Shown in pieces: positions 1 through 10,749 of a DNA stretch of 64,000 bases; positions within the stretch are counted from its first letter, which is position 1, and every line of letters begins with the position of its first letter. A program made the translations under genes and the position numbers. The notes beneath the pieces are model-generated. The model did no database searches. It saw only the letters and a list, made by a program, of their open reading frames with translations, and was not told where the DNA came from. The stretch is from a phage, in the sequence record OZ346189.1; one strand, written 5' to 3'.

Positions 1-22
1 GCTGTCAAGAGAGGCAGAAACC

Positions 23-730
23 GTGACAACAATGTCACCTACTCCTAGCGGATTTATCAAGCTTACCAACAGAGAAAGATTCAATGAGGGCAGGGATGTT
101 GAGAAAGACTCAGAGTATCGCTTAAGAGCTTCCAGCACAAAACAGTTAACATCTAAGGCTACCCGTCCTGCAATCCTTAGCGCTGTAAGCGAGGTGAAAG
201 GTGTTGAGAAAGTGAGAGTGTTCTCCAACAACACCGATAAAACTGATGCTAAAGGTATACCTCCTTACAAGTTCCAAGTGGTTGTGTTTGGTGGTGCAAC
301 GGAGGACATTTGCCAGGCACTTTACCAAACTATAGCTTGTACGAACAGGACTTATGGTAATATTTTCTACGATGTCACTACATCTGACGGTCAAACTGAA
401 AGAATTTATTACTCCAAGGCAAATACCTACCGCCTAGATGTAAGAATTACCTACTCCGGTGCTGCGCTTTCTACAACCGAAAAAGATGCCATTGTAGAGG
501 CTCTTTTGCAGGTTGTTAACGGACTGGATGTTGCAGATACGTTGTATAATATCCAATTGGTAGGTGCTGCATCTGCTGCTGTGTCAATAGGTAGATTTAA
601 TAGACTGGTAATTCAAGTTAAACCAGTAGGGGCTTCTGATGAAGCTTACACTACAAACGATATTGTTGCGAACATGACCGAGGTGTTTGACCTCGACGAA
701 AGTAATATAACTTTCCAACAAACTATTTAA
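23..730 (+). CDS. virion structural protein of the tail/baseplate module, function unknown
   Basis: 235-aa ORF, GTG start at 23 after RBS gagaggcag; first gene of a co-directional block of tail genes; true start could lie upstream of the window. Confidence 0.5.
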   Translation: MTTMSPTPSGFIKLTNRERFNEGRDVEKDSEYRLRASSTKQLTSKATRPAILSAVSEVKGVEKVRVFSNNTDKTDAKGIPPYKFQVVVFGGATEDICQALYQTIACTNRTYGNIFYDVTTSDGQTERIYYSKANTYRLDVRITYSGAALSTTEKDAIVEALLQVVNGLDVADTLYNIQLVGAASAAVSIGRFNRLVIQVKPVGASDEAYTTNDIVANMTEVFDLDESNITFQQTI

Positions 731-741
731 GGCGGCGAGAT

Positions 742-1428
742 ATGGCAGAGATTAAGTCGGATGTTAACCACATCCACACTCTGCCAGATTTTGTTCAGGG
801 AGGTCTTGACTACCTACCTGGAGATTTTCTGGCTGAGAAGGTTAATTTAGTCACATTCTTAACCGTATACCTTAAAAGGTTGGAGGATGTTGATAAGATG
901 CTGGTAGGTTTGGCTGAAGGAAGATTGCTTAACAATGCCAGCGGAAGATACCTTGACGAAGTTGGTAATCAACTTGGTATTCTTAGGAATGGACTTTCAG
1001 ATGCTGATTTTCGTGCCACACTAATTATTCAGCAGGCCGCAGCATCAAGGGGCGGGACTCGCGAAGATGTCATCTCCACCTTGCGACAATTGTTCGGAAG
1101 AGACAATTTCGATACGTGGAAAGGAGACAACTTCAGGTTTGACATAAATATTAGAAAAACTTGCTTTGACATATTGCAGTCTATCGATCAGATCTTAGAT
1201 ATGCTACCATTGCCTTGTCATTTGCGTCTTACAGAATCGCAAGGGCAAGCTTTTGGTTTTGAAGGGGACTCTACAGCTCTGGGCTTCGGATCAGTGTGGG
1301 AAGAAAACCAATTCGGAGTTGGTGGGCTGGCTACTTTGCTATATGTTCCTGACGTAAGACCTGATTGGGACACCACAACCATTTATTGTGAAAGTATTAC
1401 AGTAAACGCAACTAGACAGGAGGGTTAA
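742..1428 (+). CDS. hypothetical structural protein
   Basis: 228-aa ORF, tightly packed with neighbours, RBS ggcggcgaga 6 nt upstream of ATG. Confidence 0.5.
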   Translation: MAEIKSDVNHIHTLPDFVQGGLDYLPGDFLAEKVNLVTFLTVYLKRLEDVDKMLVGLAEGRLLNNASGRYLDEVGNQLGILRNGLSDADFRATLIIQQAAASRGGTREDVISTLRQLFGRDNFDTWKGDNFRFDINIRKTCFDILQSIDQILDMLPLPCHLRLTESQGQAFGFEGDSTALGFGSVWEENQFGVGGLATLLYVPDVRPDWDTTTIYCESITVNATRQEG

Positions 1429-3500
1429 TGGCAACAGCTGTTTTTAAACCTTACCGTGATTACTCTACAATGGCTGCACAGTTTCATTACCGCACAGTTC
1501 AGGATACTGCCGTTCCTGGTAGAGATTATGATCATGTTGAGGGCGATGTAACTATCCCAGTTGGGGCAACCAGTATTGAGATCCCAGTGGAAATTGTTGA
1601 CAAATTACCCAACAGGTTGCCAAGAAGCTTCTTTATGGAGTTTTCATCAAAATCTCAAGGAGTGATGATTGGAACACAAAGGGCGAAATGTACAATAGTT
1701 TCAGATGAGAATCTTGACAGGATATCTTGGGATACTGTTGAGGAGAGAATGTTTCACCCAAGATATTGGGTTACAACCACTCAGCAGACTGAAAGTACCT
1801 GTATTGTTGCAGATAACAACTGTTGTATTAACCGTTTAGTGTCAAGAACATATGGAGGTATGGCTGGGTGCATTTGGGAAACAGTTGACAAGTATGACCA
1901 TTTCGGTATTGGGTTTGATGATCACTATGAGATGAGAAACACCAAGCTTTGGTTCAGAATGTCAATAACCAACGCCAGCAACTTCTCCACTCCTGAAAAG
2001 ATGATTATGACTGTAGACCTTGTTGATGGCACAATCATCTATGTTCCTTTAGCTCAATATGCTGTCAGCATCTCAGAGGATAAAAATGTTGCAGAAATTC
2101 ATATTGATTTTGAGGACTGCGTCGGGATGGACCAGAACAACAACATGATGGGTGTTGATCCTCGGCAGGTGAGAAGGATTTTAATACCACTTATGCCTAA
2201 AGACTGGGTAAGTAATAGCACAGATCCAAGAACGGAAAATGTAGAGTGTGAGTTGCGCCTAGATCTGCTTCAGCCAGACACAGGCTGGAAAATGATGCAA
2301 CTTAATAATATCCAGGTGAGAGAGCACGACGTTGGGATCTGCACCGCATATGACGATATGTGGAACGTGTCCCCTTTAAGGGTGTTGAACAATATCAAGC
2401 GTCTGGGCTATACCGGAACCATAAACCATTATGTTGGTATGAGTCATTATTATGACTACACATGGTCAGGAACCCAATGGTCTATAAACAGAACAGGAGC
2501 GCTAAACGCTGCAGCTTATAAATGGCATGATGATTTTATGTACAATGCCAAACGACATAACTTCGACGTTATGCAATCTGTAAGTTTTGAGCTTTTCAGC
2601 GATGCCTGCCCGTTGGAATGGACCCAAAGAGACTGGAACGATAACTACGCTAAAACAGGGTATACACCTTGTAGCTACCTCCTGTCTCCAACCATTGAAG
2701 AGGGTATGAATTTCCTTACTGCAGTATTTAAGAATTTTGCATCAGCCGCTATGAGAAACAACCTGCCAGTGATTATGCAGGTTGGTGAACCGTGGTGGTG
2801 GTACAATACCGATACTCGTAGACCTTGTATTTATGATTACCCTACAAAACAGGCGTTTTATGATGAGACAGGCGAGTATGCATTAGATATTGGGACTATT
2901 GACGATCCTAAAACTGGCGGTGTTTACGATAAGTATGTAGCATTTTGTCGTGGTAAGCTTGGCGCTCGTATTGCTGCTATTTCAAAGGCAATAAAGGCAC
3001 ACGCTGCATCAGCTCAGATGACAGCTCTGCTGTTTTTCCCAACCATTATGGAAACCGAGCTTACGCAAAAGCTTAACCTTGCTGACCAATATAAAAAGGA
3101 AGCAGGTGCTCTTGATTTCTTCTGCACCGAGTGCTACGATTGGGTGATGCAGGGAGGTATTGAAAAGGCAAAAGAGTCTGTAAACATACCTATCGTTAAG
3201 TTAGGTTGGCAACCGTCTGAAATACAATACCTTGCAGGGTTCGTTCCTAGTAAAGAGCTTGCTCCGGTATATGGTTACGACCCAACTAGGAATTACCAAG
3301 AATTTTTATGGAGATGTATTTGCGGAAACATGGCAACTATAGAGTATAGATACCCTGAGGTAAAACAGTATGTGTGGGCATACCCGCAAGTAATGTCTGA
3401 CAGCATCACTGTTACCGCTAGAGATTCTACCGTGCTTCATATGGGGCAGGTTGCTCTGAAAGGGTATGTAGAAGATGTTGTCCCGCCAGACTTCTCATAA
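1428..3500 (+). CDS. large tail/baseplate-associated protein
   Basis: 690-aa ORF; ATG overlaps the upstream stop (taATGg), typical translational coupling in late operons. Confidence 0.55.
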   Translation: MATAVFKPYRDYSTMAAQFHYRTVQDTAVPGRDYDHVEGDVTIPVGATSIEIPVEIVDKLPNRLPRSFFMEFSSKSQGVMIGTQRAKCTIVSDENLDRISWDTVEERMFHPRYWVTTTQQTESTCIVADNNCCINRLVSRTYGGMAGCIWETVDKYDHFGIGFDDHYEMRNTKLWFRMSITNASNFSTPEKMIMTVDLVDGTIIYVPLAQYAVSISEDKNVAEIHIDFEDCVGMDQNNNMMGVDPRQVRRILIPLMPKDWVSNSTDPRTENVECELRLDLLQPDTGWKMMQLNNIQVREHDVGICTAYDDMWNVSPLRVLNNIKRLGYTGTINHYVGMSHYYDYTWSGTQWSINRTGALNAAAYKWHDDFMYNAKRHNFDVMQSVSFELFSDACPLEWTQRDWNDNYAKTGYTPCSYLLSPTIEEGMNFLTAVFKNFASAAMRNNLPVIMQVGEPWWWYNTDTRRPCIYDYPTKQAFYDETGEYALDIGTIDDPKTGGVYDKYVAFCRGKLGARIAAISKAIKAHAASAQMTALLFFPTIMETELTQKLNLADQYKKEAGALDFFCTECYDWVMQGGIEKAKESVNIPIVKLGWQPSEIQYLAGFVPSKELAPVYGYDPTRNYQEFLWRCICGNMATIEYRYPEVKQYVWAYPQVMSDSITVTARDSTVLHMGQVALKGYVEDVVPPDFS

Positions 3501-3512
3501 TCAGGAGATAAA

Positions 3513-4553
3513 ATGTCAAAACCTAGTTTTCCATTAGAGATTTGGGCAGAGGAGGATCAGGTTCTGCCTAACACCCACAGACAGAACAGGCTACGCCCGA
3601 TTGATGATTTGTGGAGAAAAGGTTGGGATCTTGGTCAAAAGCCCTCATGTGAAGAACTTAACTATATTTTCAATATGCTCGGAACTTGGGCAAAATACAT
3701 TGCTGACGAGCAGATCCCCGCTCAAGAAGGCCGTTATCTGGTACGTGATAATAACTTGAGTGATCTTTTGAACATTCCTGTTGCCCGTAGAAACCTTGGG
3801 ATTATTACTAAGGAAGAGGCAGACGCCAGGTATGTAAAAGTTACAGGTGATACAATGACAGGCCCATTGGGTTTGCAACGTATCAACTTTAAAGCTGCAG
3901 AGTCAGATAAGGCTTGGATAGAGACAACTATTGGCCCAGATAAGACAACTCTCGACTTTGGGTTAAGTGATAATACCGGGTCGTTTGATGATGGTGGTAC
4001 ATCTACAGTGGATGCGTTCCGTTGGAGATTCCAGCCAACTCAGCCGGATATTAATCCAGAGTTCACTTTGATGTACCTTAACGCGATCACGGCTAACCGT
4101 GCGCTGTTGAAAGTGGTAGGCAATGTTGAAGTTGTCGATAACATGAGGTGCAATAACCTTACTATCAGCAATACAGCGACATTCACCAACTGTAATGTGG
4201 CTAGTCAGTTGACGGCTGGGTCAGTGTATGTTAATGGTGGTGCAAGTTGTGACAGTATGGTTGTAAGAAGCCAGCACTGTGTTGTCGGTAACAGAAATGT
4301 GGTTCGCTCTGTGAACGGAGTGACGGCTAACGGTAACGGTGATGTAACGATCACTATCCCGCAGACAGGTGTGCAAGACATCAGAATCGGTGCAAGACTT
4401 GTGGACGGAGTTTCTGAATCTCCAATCCGCAACGGCTACGTTGTCACAGGCTGGCATTTCGGTGACAAAAAAGAGATGCGTGGTTCAACCTACTGGGCAG
4501 GACCTTTACAAAAACTTGTAAATGGTCAATGGATCACTGTTAATTATGCATAG
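3513..4553 (+). CDS. tail fibre protein, cassette 1
   Basis: 346-aa ORF; N-terminus (PLEIWAEEDQVL) and C-terminus (QKLVNGQWITVNYA) are shared with the paralogue at 5565..6611, central region divergent. Confidence 0.6.
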   Translation: MSKPSFPLEIWAEEDQVLPNTHRQNRLRPIDDLWRKGWDLGQKPSCEELNYIFNMLGTWAKYIADEQIPAQEGRYLVRDNNLSDLLNIPVARRNLGIITKEEADARYVKVTGDTMTGPLGLQRINFKAAESDKAWIETTIGPDKTTLDFGLSDNTGSFDDGGTSTVDAFRWRFQPTQPDINPEFTLMYLNAITANRALLKVVGNVEVVDNMRCNNLTISNTATFTNCNVASQLTAGSVYVNGGASCDSMVVRSQHCVVGNRNVVRSVNGVTANGNGDVTITIPQTGVQDIRIGARLVDGVSESPIRNGYVVTGWHFGDKKEMRGSTYWAGPLQKLVNGQWITVNYA

Positions 4554-4567
4554 ATCGGAGGACTAGC

Positions 4568-5152
4568 ATGAAAATACTTCAAGAGTTTAAACTTTACCAA
4601 CCGGGATCTGGCGAATACCGCACCAACAAGGAAACCAAGGAGCTGACCCCTCAAGAGGTTGAGGATTACACAGCATACACTGGGTATTTTTTACGTAATG
4701 ATGATGGCGATTGGTATGTGCAGTCACGAACATTACGACAAGAAAATCCGGGGTGTATCTTCCTACTTGTTGACGAGAAGGGAATTCTTAAGACATCTAC
4801 AGAAGAACCTGATGCCTTATGGCCTGCTCCAGGTCTTCGTGTGGTTATCGCCAAAAAAGAAGAGGTACCAGAAAACATTATGCTTCACCACGACGCTTTG
4901 CGTTTAGTTGGTGATGAATTTGTCACAGACAATGAATTCTTTGTTCAACAGGCAGAGGGTGTCATAGAGACAGAACTTGCTTGGGCTACTGCTAGAATTG
5001 GTGCCTATCAAGACATGATTGACCTTGAATATGATCTTACTGATGACCAGAAACGTAACATCAGAGATTTGAAAATGTACAGGGTAAAACTTCTTGAAAT
5101 AGATACATCTAAAGCCCCTGACATTTTCTTCCCGGAGCGACCTACCCTCTAA
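4568..5152 (+). CDS. hypothetical protein, possible tail-fibre accessory/assembly factor
   Basis: 194-aa ORF immediately downstream of the tail-fibre gene, RBS ggaggact. Confidence 0.45.
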   Translation: MKILQEFKLYQPGSGEYRTNKETKELTPQEVEDYTAYTGYFLRNDDGDWYVQSRTLRQENPGCIFLLVDEKGILKTSTEEPDALWPAPGLRVVIAKKEEVPENIMLHHDALRLVGDEFVTDNEFFVQQAEGVIETELAWATARIGAYQDMIDLEYDLTDDQKRNIRDLKMYRVKLLEIDTSKAPDIFFPERPTL

Positions 5153-5163
5153 GAGGAGGTGTT

Positions 5164-5478
5164 GTGGAGTTGGATTTGGCGGCATTGTACGGTATCTGCA
5201 TGGGTACCGTTGTCCCGATCTGTGTATGGGCTTTCAACCAGTGGCACACCAAATGGAAAGGCATTTCCAAGAGGTTGGATGAGCTGGAGAAAGACCTCAT
5301 CTTAGTGAAAAACAGTATGGTTACAAAAGATAAACTTGATTCCGTTATCGAGACCCGGTTAAGTAAGCTAGAGGCCGATATTAACGACCTTAAGCAGGAT
5401 GTCAGGACAGATGTCTCCGGTATCCGAGCTGATGTACAAAAGATTTTGCACATGCTCGTAGAGCATAGTAAAAGGTAA
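5164..5478 (+). CDS. small membrane-anchored coiled-coil protein
   Basis: 104-aa ORF, GTG start after RBS gaggaggt; hydrophobic N-terminal segment followed by heptad-like charged region. Confidence 0.4.
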   Translation: MELDLAALYGICMGTVVPICVWAFNQWHTKWKGISKRLDELEKDLILVKNSMVTKDKLDSVIETRLSKLEADINDLKQDVRTDVSGIRADVQKILHMLVEHSKR

Positions 5479-5487
5479 ACAAAGGTC

Positions 5488-5520
5488 AGAACGGAAAGGA
5501 CTCCGTTCTTGCATTTTGTT
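5488..5520 (+). terminator. rho-independent terminator
   Basis: stem agaacgg/ccgttct followed by tgcattttgtt. Confidence 0.5.
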
Positions 5521-5564
5521 CCCTAAAGTGTTAAAATAGTCCTAAGGAATTTTCTCAGGAGAAC

Positions 5565-6611
5565 GTGATGACTAAACCAGTTATCCCTCTTGATATTTGG
5601 GCCAATCAGGATGTTGTGCTTGAAAATACGGGAGAGTTGAATAAGTCTCAACCAAAAAAAGAAGAGAGATTGAAAGGTTGGGATATGACACAAAGAGTGG
5701 CATGTGAAGTTGTTAACTTTGAACTTCACATGCTTTCTGCGTGGTTGAAGCATTTAACAGAAGATGTTGTCCCAGGATGGGATAATAGATTCTTAAGGGT
5801 CACTAATAATCTAGCAGACGTTCCAGACAAAGCTGCTGCACGTCAAGTTCTCAATGTATACTCACCTGAAGAAATGGACGATCTATATGTTGACAAGTCT
5901 GGAGACATAATGACTCAGACTCAAACTTTAGGTCTTCAAAGAATCGAGTTTGCATCTGCGTCAACAGACAGTGCGGCAATATATACCACCATAACTCCAG
6001 ACAAGACGACGATGGATTTCTGGATTATGGACAACATCGGTGGTGCTGACGGCACAGACCTTGATGATCCTTCTCACCAAATAGATGGGTTCCGTTGGAG
6101 ATTTCAACCTTCTGGTGGGCAGCCTGTGTTTTCAGCTATGAAGCTCAATGCTATAACTGCCAACCGTGCAAGACTGGCTATCCAAGGAAATCTTGAATGC
6201 AACGATGCAAAAAGTTCCTCTGCAAATGCCAATGCGGTCACGATACCAAGAGCCACTGTTAATGGACAACAATCCTGCGGAAGCGCTCAAATAGGTGGAA
6301 GAGTTGATTGTAACGATGAAACCGTCAGGGGCCAATATGCAACAGTTGGTGGAAGAAACGTGGTCCGCAGGGTAAATGGTAACGGCGCAGACAGTAGCGG
6401 TAACCTTACTATCCCTATGCCTAGCAGAGGGGTTGATGATGTAAGGATAGCAAACCGTTTTAAAACCACCTACAGAGAGTCAAGAGTCTACCCTGGACAT
6501 GTGATGTGCTCTGGTAACTACGCTTATAAACACCCTTATCAAGGTGATTACTGGACAGGTGCTATCCAAAAACTTGTAAATGGTCAATGGATCACTATAT
6601 CTTATGCTTAA
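5565..6611 (+). CDS. tail fibre protein, cassette 2 (paralogue of 3513..4553)
   Basis: 348-aa ORF; conserved N- and C-terminal ends with cassette 1; identical 30-nt DNA stretch at 6567..6596 and 4509..4538. Confidence 0.6.
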   Translation: MMTKPVIPLDIWANQDVVLENTGELNKSQPKKEERLKGWDMTQRVACEVVNFELHMLSAWLKHLTEDVVPGWDNRFLRVTNNLADVPDKAAARQVLNVYSPEEMDDLYVDKSGDIMTQTQTLGLQRIEFASASTDSAAIYTTITPDKTTMDFWIMDNIGGADGTDLDDPSHQIDGFRWRFQPSGGQPVFSAMKLNAITANRARLAIQGNLECNDAKSSSANANAVTIPRATVNGQQSCGSAQIGGRVDCNDETVRGQYATVGGRNVVRRVNGNGADSSGNLTIPMPSRGVDDVRIANRFKTTYRESRVYPGHVMCSGNYAYKHPYQGDYWTGAIQKLVNGQWITISYA

Positions 6612-6622
6612 AAAGAGGGTAA

Positions 6623-6889
6623 ATGAAACTAACTCAGTTTTTATGGGGACTGGTTGCGGCATCTGATGACCCTACGAAAGTGTCCCAAACTAAGCTATGG
6701 TCGAACATAGGCATGGCGGTGATGACTGGGGTGTTTATTCATATGGGGTATAATGATACGCTTCCTGAATGGTATGCGTGGATATACGCGCCTTCAGTAG
6801 CTTGCCCCCAGCTTATTAGCAAATTCATCTCGCTCCGGTGGGGTTGCCAGCACCCTGACCACGTTAAAAACGAAGAGCAAAAAGCTTAA
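6623..6889 (+). CDS. hypothetical protein
   Basis: 88-aa ORF with RBS agagggtaa. Confidence 0.4.
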   Translation: MKLTQFLWGLVAASDDPTKVSQTKLWSNIGMAVMTGVFIHMGYNDTLPEWYAWIYAPSVACPQLISKFISLRWGCQHPDHVKNEEQKA

Positions 6890-6898
6890 GGAGAAATC

Positions 6899-8644
6899 AT
6901 GGCGCAAGACATGACAAGCTTTGAGCAGGCGGTAGATCAAGTAATTGTTGATTCTGAACGTTTGCACCTGATTGTCAACGGTAACGCTGTGGATGAAGTT
7001 GTCGTAGAGGATGGGACCACCATCCCTACGGTACGAAAAGCCATGCTTGACACCCTTTATTTTAAAACGCCACCGATCCCTTGGGCGTATGGTGCATCCA
7101 CAACAGTTTTTAACCAGCTGTACGAGTTTAAAGGGGACACAGGCCCTCAGTGGTGGTACGCTCCCGCAGCATCAAAATCTAACCCGGTTAGAATGCCAGC
7201 AGATCCTTCACAATCTCCAAACTGGAGATTATATACCGATTCTGCAGTAATGGCAAAATACTACGCAAAACTTAACAGTCCGAGGTTCGAAGGTGACCCG
7301 CGAGTACCTACGCCTCCAATGGACGACAAATCCGAGTCTATAGCAAACACAGAGTTTGTTGTTGACTATGTGGATAGCATATTTGAAGCCATGGAGGGAA
7401 TGAAAGTTACTGTAGGGTCTTTGGTGGTAAAAGGTCTTACAGAACTTGCTAACACTATAGTTGGTGGCACACTCACCTTACATGGGCCTGTTAATGGAGC
7501 AGATTCTACTGCACGCTTCAGGAACCTAATCCTCACGGCAAATACTTCTACACTTACTTTTGCGTGGAGTGATCCTAAGCATGCAGACTGGAGAAGCACA
7601 GAGCTGCAACCTCATGAAGTGTCCACCCACAGGGTTATAGCTGACACTATAACTTCTGGGAAACCAGTGGCTAATAATAACGATGTGCATTTTGATGGTC
7701 TAGGTAATAACTTTTTTGACTACGTGTACATTCGTGGTAATGCCATGAAGGCAGCAACCGAACCGACATTGCAGGTAGATGGAACCACCAGGGTTAAGAA
7801 CCTTGAGGTGACAGGCACTGTTACAGGGATAACCTACTCTGTCGATGGCACCATGATTTACCCTAGCTATATTGAAAGCACGGGGGACGCATTAATAAAT
7901 GGTGATTTAGAAGTTGGCGGATCTGTAGTTATTCGAGGTACAGTCTCTATCCAAAACATAGCTCTGAATACCCTAAGAGTCAATGAGCGTGCAACTTTTG
8001 AAGGGGAAGGGCTTACAGCCAACAAAGGTGTAATTACCGAGCTGACAACCACTACTTTAACTGCAACAACTGCAAACTCTGAAAACTGCAACGTTACCAG
8101 AAACTTGCAGGTAAATGGAGATGTTAGTTTAAACGCAGCAGGGACGGGCACCACCTACCTTCACAACCTTGAAATATCCGGCACAGTGACTGGGTGGCTG
8201 CCAGACTTCTCTAATGTCAACTTTGTTTGTAATGGCATTAACTCCAGTGGCAAGATAACCACCTCTCAAGAAATTGAGGCGGGTAAAACCATTACTGCCC
8301 CTACTTTCCACGCAGGAAAGGTAGATTTTGATTTAGAGGAGGTTGACGCGTCCAGTGGGACATGGACACCTAACGGGCAGGCCAGTATGTATGTTGTCCA
8401 CGCGAAAGGGGATTTTACAATAGGACAATGGCCTGGTACATCAGCGGAAGATAAACCTTATCCATTCACTGCGGTTATCTATGTCATTCAGGATGCTGTA
8501 GGTCACAACGTGACTTTGCACGATAAGTATGCTATCCTGTCGGCAACGCCTGTTATTAATAACAAGGCTAATAGTGTTACCTTGCTGCAATTAACATATT
8601 GTGGTGTTGGTGATATCGTAGACGTAGTAATTGCACAACGTTAA
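6899..8644 (+). CDS. tail fibre / tail spike protein
   Basis: 581-aa ORF rich in T/G/N/V repeats typical of beta-structured fibre shafts; RBS aaggagaaatc. Confidence 0.55.
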   Translation: MAQDMTSFEQAVDQVIVDSERLHLIVNGNAVDEVVVEDGTTIPTVRKAMLDTLYFKTPPIPWAYGASTTVFNQLYEFKGDTGPQWWYAPAASKSNPVRMPADPSQSPNWRLYTDSAVMAKYYAKLNSPRFEGDPRVPTPPMDDKSESIANTEFVVDYVDSIFEAMEGMKVTVGSLVVKGLTELANTIVGGTLTLHGPVNGADSTARFRNLILTANTSTLTFAWSDPKHADWRSTELQPHEVSTHRVIADTITSGKPVANNNDVHFDGLGNNFFDYVYIRGNAMKAATEPTLQVDGTTRVKNLEVTGTVTGITYSVDGTMIYPSYIESTGDALINGDLEVGGSVVIRGTVSIQNIALNTLRVNERATFEGEGLTANKGVITELTTTTLTATTANSENCNVTRNLQVNGDVSLNAAGTGTTYLHNLEISGTVTGWLPDFSNVNFVCNGINSSGKITTSQEIEAGKTITAPTFHAGKVDFDLEEVDASSGTWTPNGQASMYVVHAKGDFTIGQWPGTSAEDKPYPFTAVIYVIQDAVGHNVTLHDKYAILSATPVINNKANSVTLLQLTYCGVGDIVDVVIAQR

Positions 8645-8654
8645 TATATATCTA

Positions 8655-8680
8655 ACCGCTCCTGACGGGGCGGTTTTCTT
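8655..8680 (+). terminator. rho-independent terminator
   Basis: stem aaccgc/gcggtt with ttttctt tail directly after the stop. Confidence 0.5.
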
Positions 8681-8694
8681 ATCTGGAGAACACA

Positions 8695-10749
8695 ATGCTT
8701 CCAATCCCTTTGCTAAAACTTGGTCGTCATTTCCTCGATAAGAGGGGTGGAATTAAGGAACTTGCTGTTCTGTCATACCCAATAGACAACAGTGATGGTA
8801 CAAGCAACACAGTATCCTATGTAAATAGCTTAGCTATACTTTTTGATGATGGTCAGCTTAATATTACTGGCTATAATAGGTTCGGAGAGTGTCGGACTGG
8901 AGATCTTGATACAATAAACTATCCTAATGAGGCAGCTTGGAACGTAGACCATGTTTGGAGAGCTGACCGTGCATTTGTAATCCGCACATTCGATAATAAA
9001 TTTTTCTATATTGGTTGCACAGCTGGTCTTATCGGATCGGAGGCAGCAGGTGGAAACGATGTTTGTGTCAGAGAGTGGACACCTTTGCCGGAACAGATCG
9101 TAACAGGGTTGCATTTGGACACCCATCCTGAGAGACTTGTTGAAGTAATGGGTGGCGTAAACAATACAGTGTGGGTAATTGCTGCACCAGAGGCTGATGG
9201 TATGCTTCACCTGTACGGCTCTGGCAATAATACTTACGGCTCTCTTCATGTTGACAAAAGTCAACACGCTACTCCAGTTAAGATCGGTGAAACATCTGAA
9301 AGTCCAGAGACAGGTCCTTGGAAAAATCCAAGAATTAATTGTGAAGTTCATGACAACTCGGTTATTTTTGGTGGTCCTAACGGATTCTGGATTGCAGGTT
9401 ACGATTTCTTAAGAAATAACAGCAAAAACACACTAGTTTATCCAGCCGAGCATGTGACTCTTGACCAGTTTAAAGGCATCCCGGTGGGCGAGACATGGAA
9501 AGGGTTCATGTGTGGACCTAATGGTGCAATTATAGCCACAGAAAGGATGCACAAACCTGATGACCAGCAGCTTGTTAACGTATTCTACGGGCAAGACGTC
9601 TGGGGAGATGACACATGGCGTTCCTTAAATATCACCTACACCCATGAGGTGATAATGGCTCGTGGATACGGCACAAGTGGCATTTTCTTCAATAATGGCA
9701 CTAAACAGTATCGTGGATTCTCTCGCAACTTGTGTAATGATATTGGTGCACAATCTGCAAACAATAGCCCTAGGGCTAATTTTATCCACTATCAGGCTCT
9801 TGCTACAGCTAAATATGTTGAGCAACGCCTGCCAGTTAGCTGGACAGAGAGTGTTTATTTCCAAGGCATCCACAGGGAAGGTTTCTTAGGAACCTTTACT
9901 GTTGTTAATGGCAAACTTTGGTGGTCAGGCATCCCAAGGGGGAGTTTTGCAGGATCTAACAACCTCTTTGGCGGCAGACTTAACAGCCAAGGGTTCACAG
10001 AGATTCCGGAGAATTGGTATAAAAATGTCCCGGTAGATAGCTGGGGTATCGAAGACATCTTTGATGTCAATGGTGTGAGCAATGTTAGCAACATTTACAT
10101 CGGAGATACTGTCAAGATGAAATTGAAACCTCAGCCGGAGGGTGCTACGTTCATTATTGACAAGATTGAGTTGGTAAATGCTGCAGGCACTGTTGTTACA
10201 GATGCAAACTATCAGTTCTCCACTAACTGGAACCATGGTGGTGCTAACGAAGTTGTGGTCACCCAGTATAACCGTAACATCAACAGACGTGGTTTGTATT
10301 CTATCAAGATCACCTACCATGACAAGCATGGCACTGGAAGAACCTATACGACAAGAACTTTGAACTGGAACACTATAGTTCCTGCGTACCCGTCCAACGG
10401 CAAGTGGCATACCGTTGGTAGAAACAAGCAGTTCCATGTTAACGATACTGTATACTTTGGGCTGAATGGGACCCAGCCTGCAGTAGAAGGGGATACATCG
10501 TATATGGTCAGACTCCACAGAATGGATGCTGGATCAGTCACTTATGATGTGACCCAAGAGATCTACGATCAAAGACGTGCCACGTATGACAATATTGTAA
10601 AAACACAAGCCTTGTGGGAGTTCAATCCTAATGGCAAGGGTGGTAAAATGTTGCAGGTTAATGAGCAGAACGGAACGTCGTTGACTGTTCACGAACACCC
10701 AGACCCTTGGCCTGATCCTGGAAACCTCACCCGGGAGCTCGTACACTGA
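8695..10749 (+). CDS. hypothetical structural protein
   Basis: 684-aa ORF in the late module, RBS tctggagaacacaATG. Confidence 0.5.
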   Translation: MLPIPLLKLGRHFLDKRGGIKELAVLSYPIDNSDGTSNTVSYVNSLAILFDDGQLNITGYNRFGECRTGDLDTINYPNEAAWNVDHVWRADRAFVIRTFDNKFFYIGCTAGLIGSEAAGGNDVCVREWTPLPEQIVTGLHLDTHPERLVEVMGGVNNTVWVIAAPEADGMLHLYGSGNNTYGSLHVDKSQHATPVKIGETSESPETGPWKNPRINCEVHDNSVIFGGPNGFWIAGYDFLRNNSKNTLVYPAEHVTLDQFKGIPVGETWKGFMCGPNGAIIATERMHKPDDQQLVNVFYGQDVWGDDTWRSLNITYTHEVIMARGYGTSGIFFNNGTKQYRGFSRNLCNDIGAQSANNSPRANFIHYQALATAKYVEQRLPVSWTESVYFQGIHREGFLGTFTVVNGKLWWSGIPRGSFAGSNNLFGGRLNSQGFTEIPENWYKNVPVDSWGIEDIFDVNGVSNVSNIYIGDTVKMKLKPQPEGATFIIDKIELVNAAGTVVTDANYQFSTNWNHGGANEVVVTQYNRNINRRGLYSIKITYHDKHGTGRTYTTRTLNWNTIVPAYPSNGKWHTVGRNKQFHVNDTVYFGLNGTQPAVEGDTSYMVRLHRMDAGSVTYDVTQEIYDQRRATYDNIVKTQALWEFNPNGKGGKMLQVNEQNGTSLTVHEHPDPWPDPGNLTRELVH

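Noticed and set aside
8830-10518. Antisense ORFs inside large plus-strand structural genes (8830..9351, 9925..10518 and similar at 146..394, 34550..35245, 42379..42915, 19256..19744)
   Set aside because: Fully embedded on the opposite strand of well-supported genes, lack ribosome-binding sites and give low-complexity translations; typical spurious ORFs.
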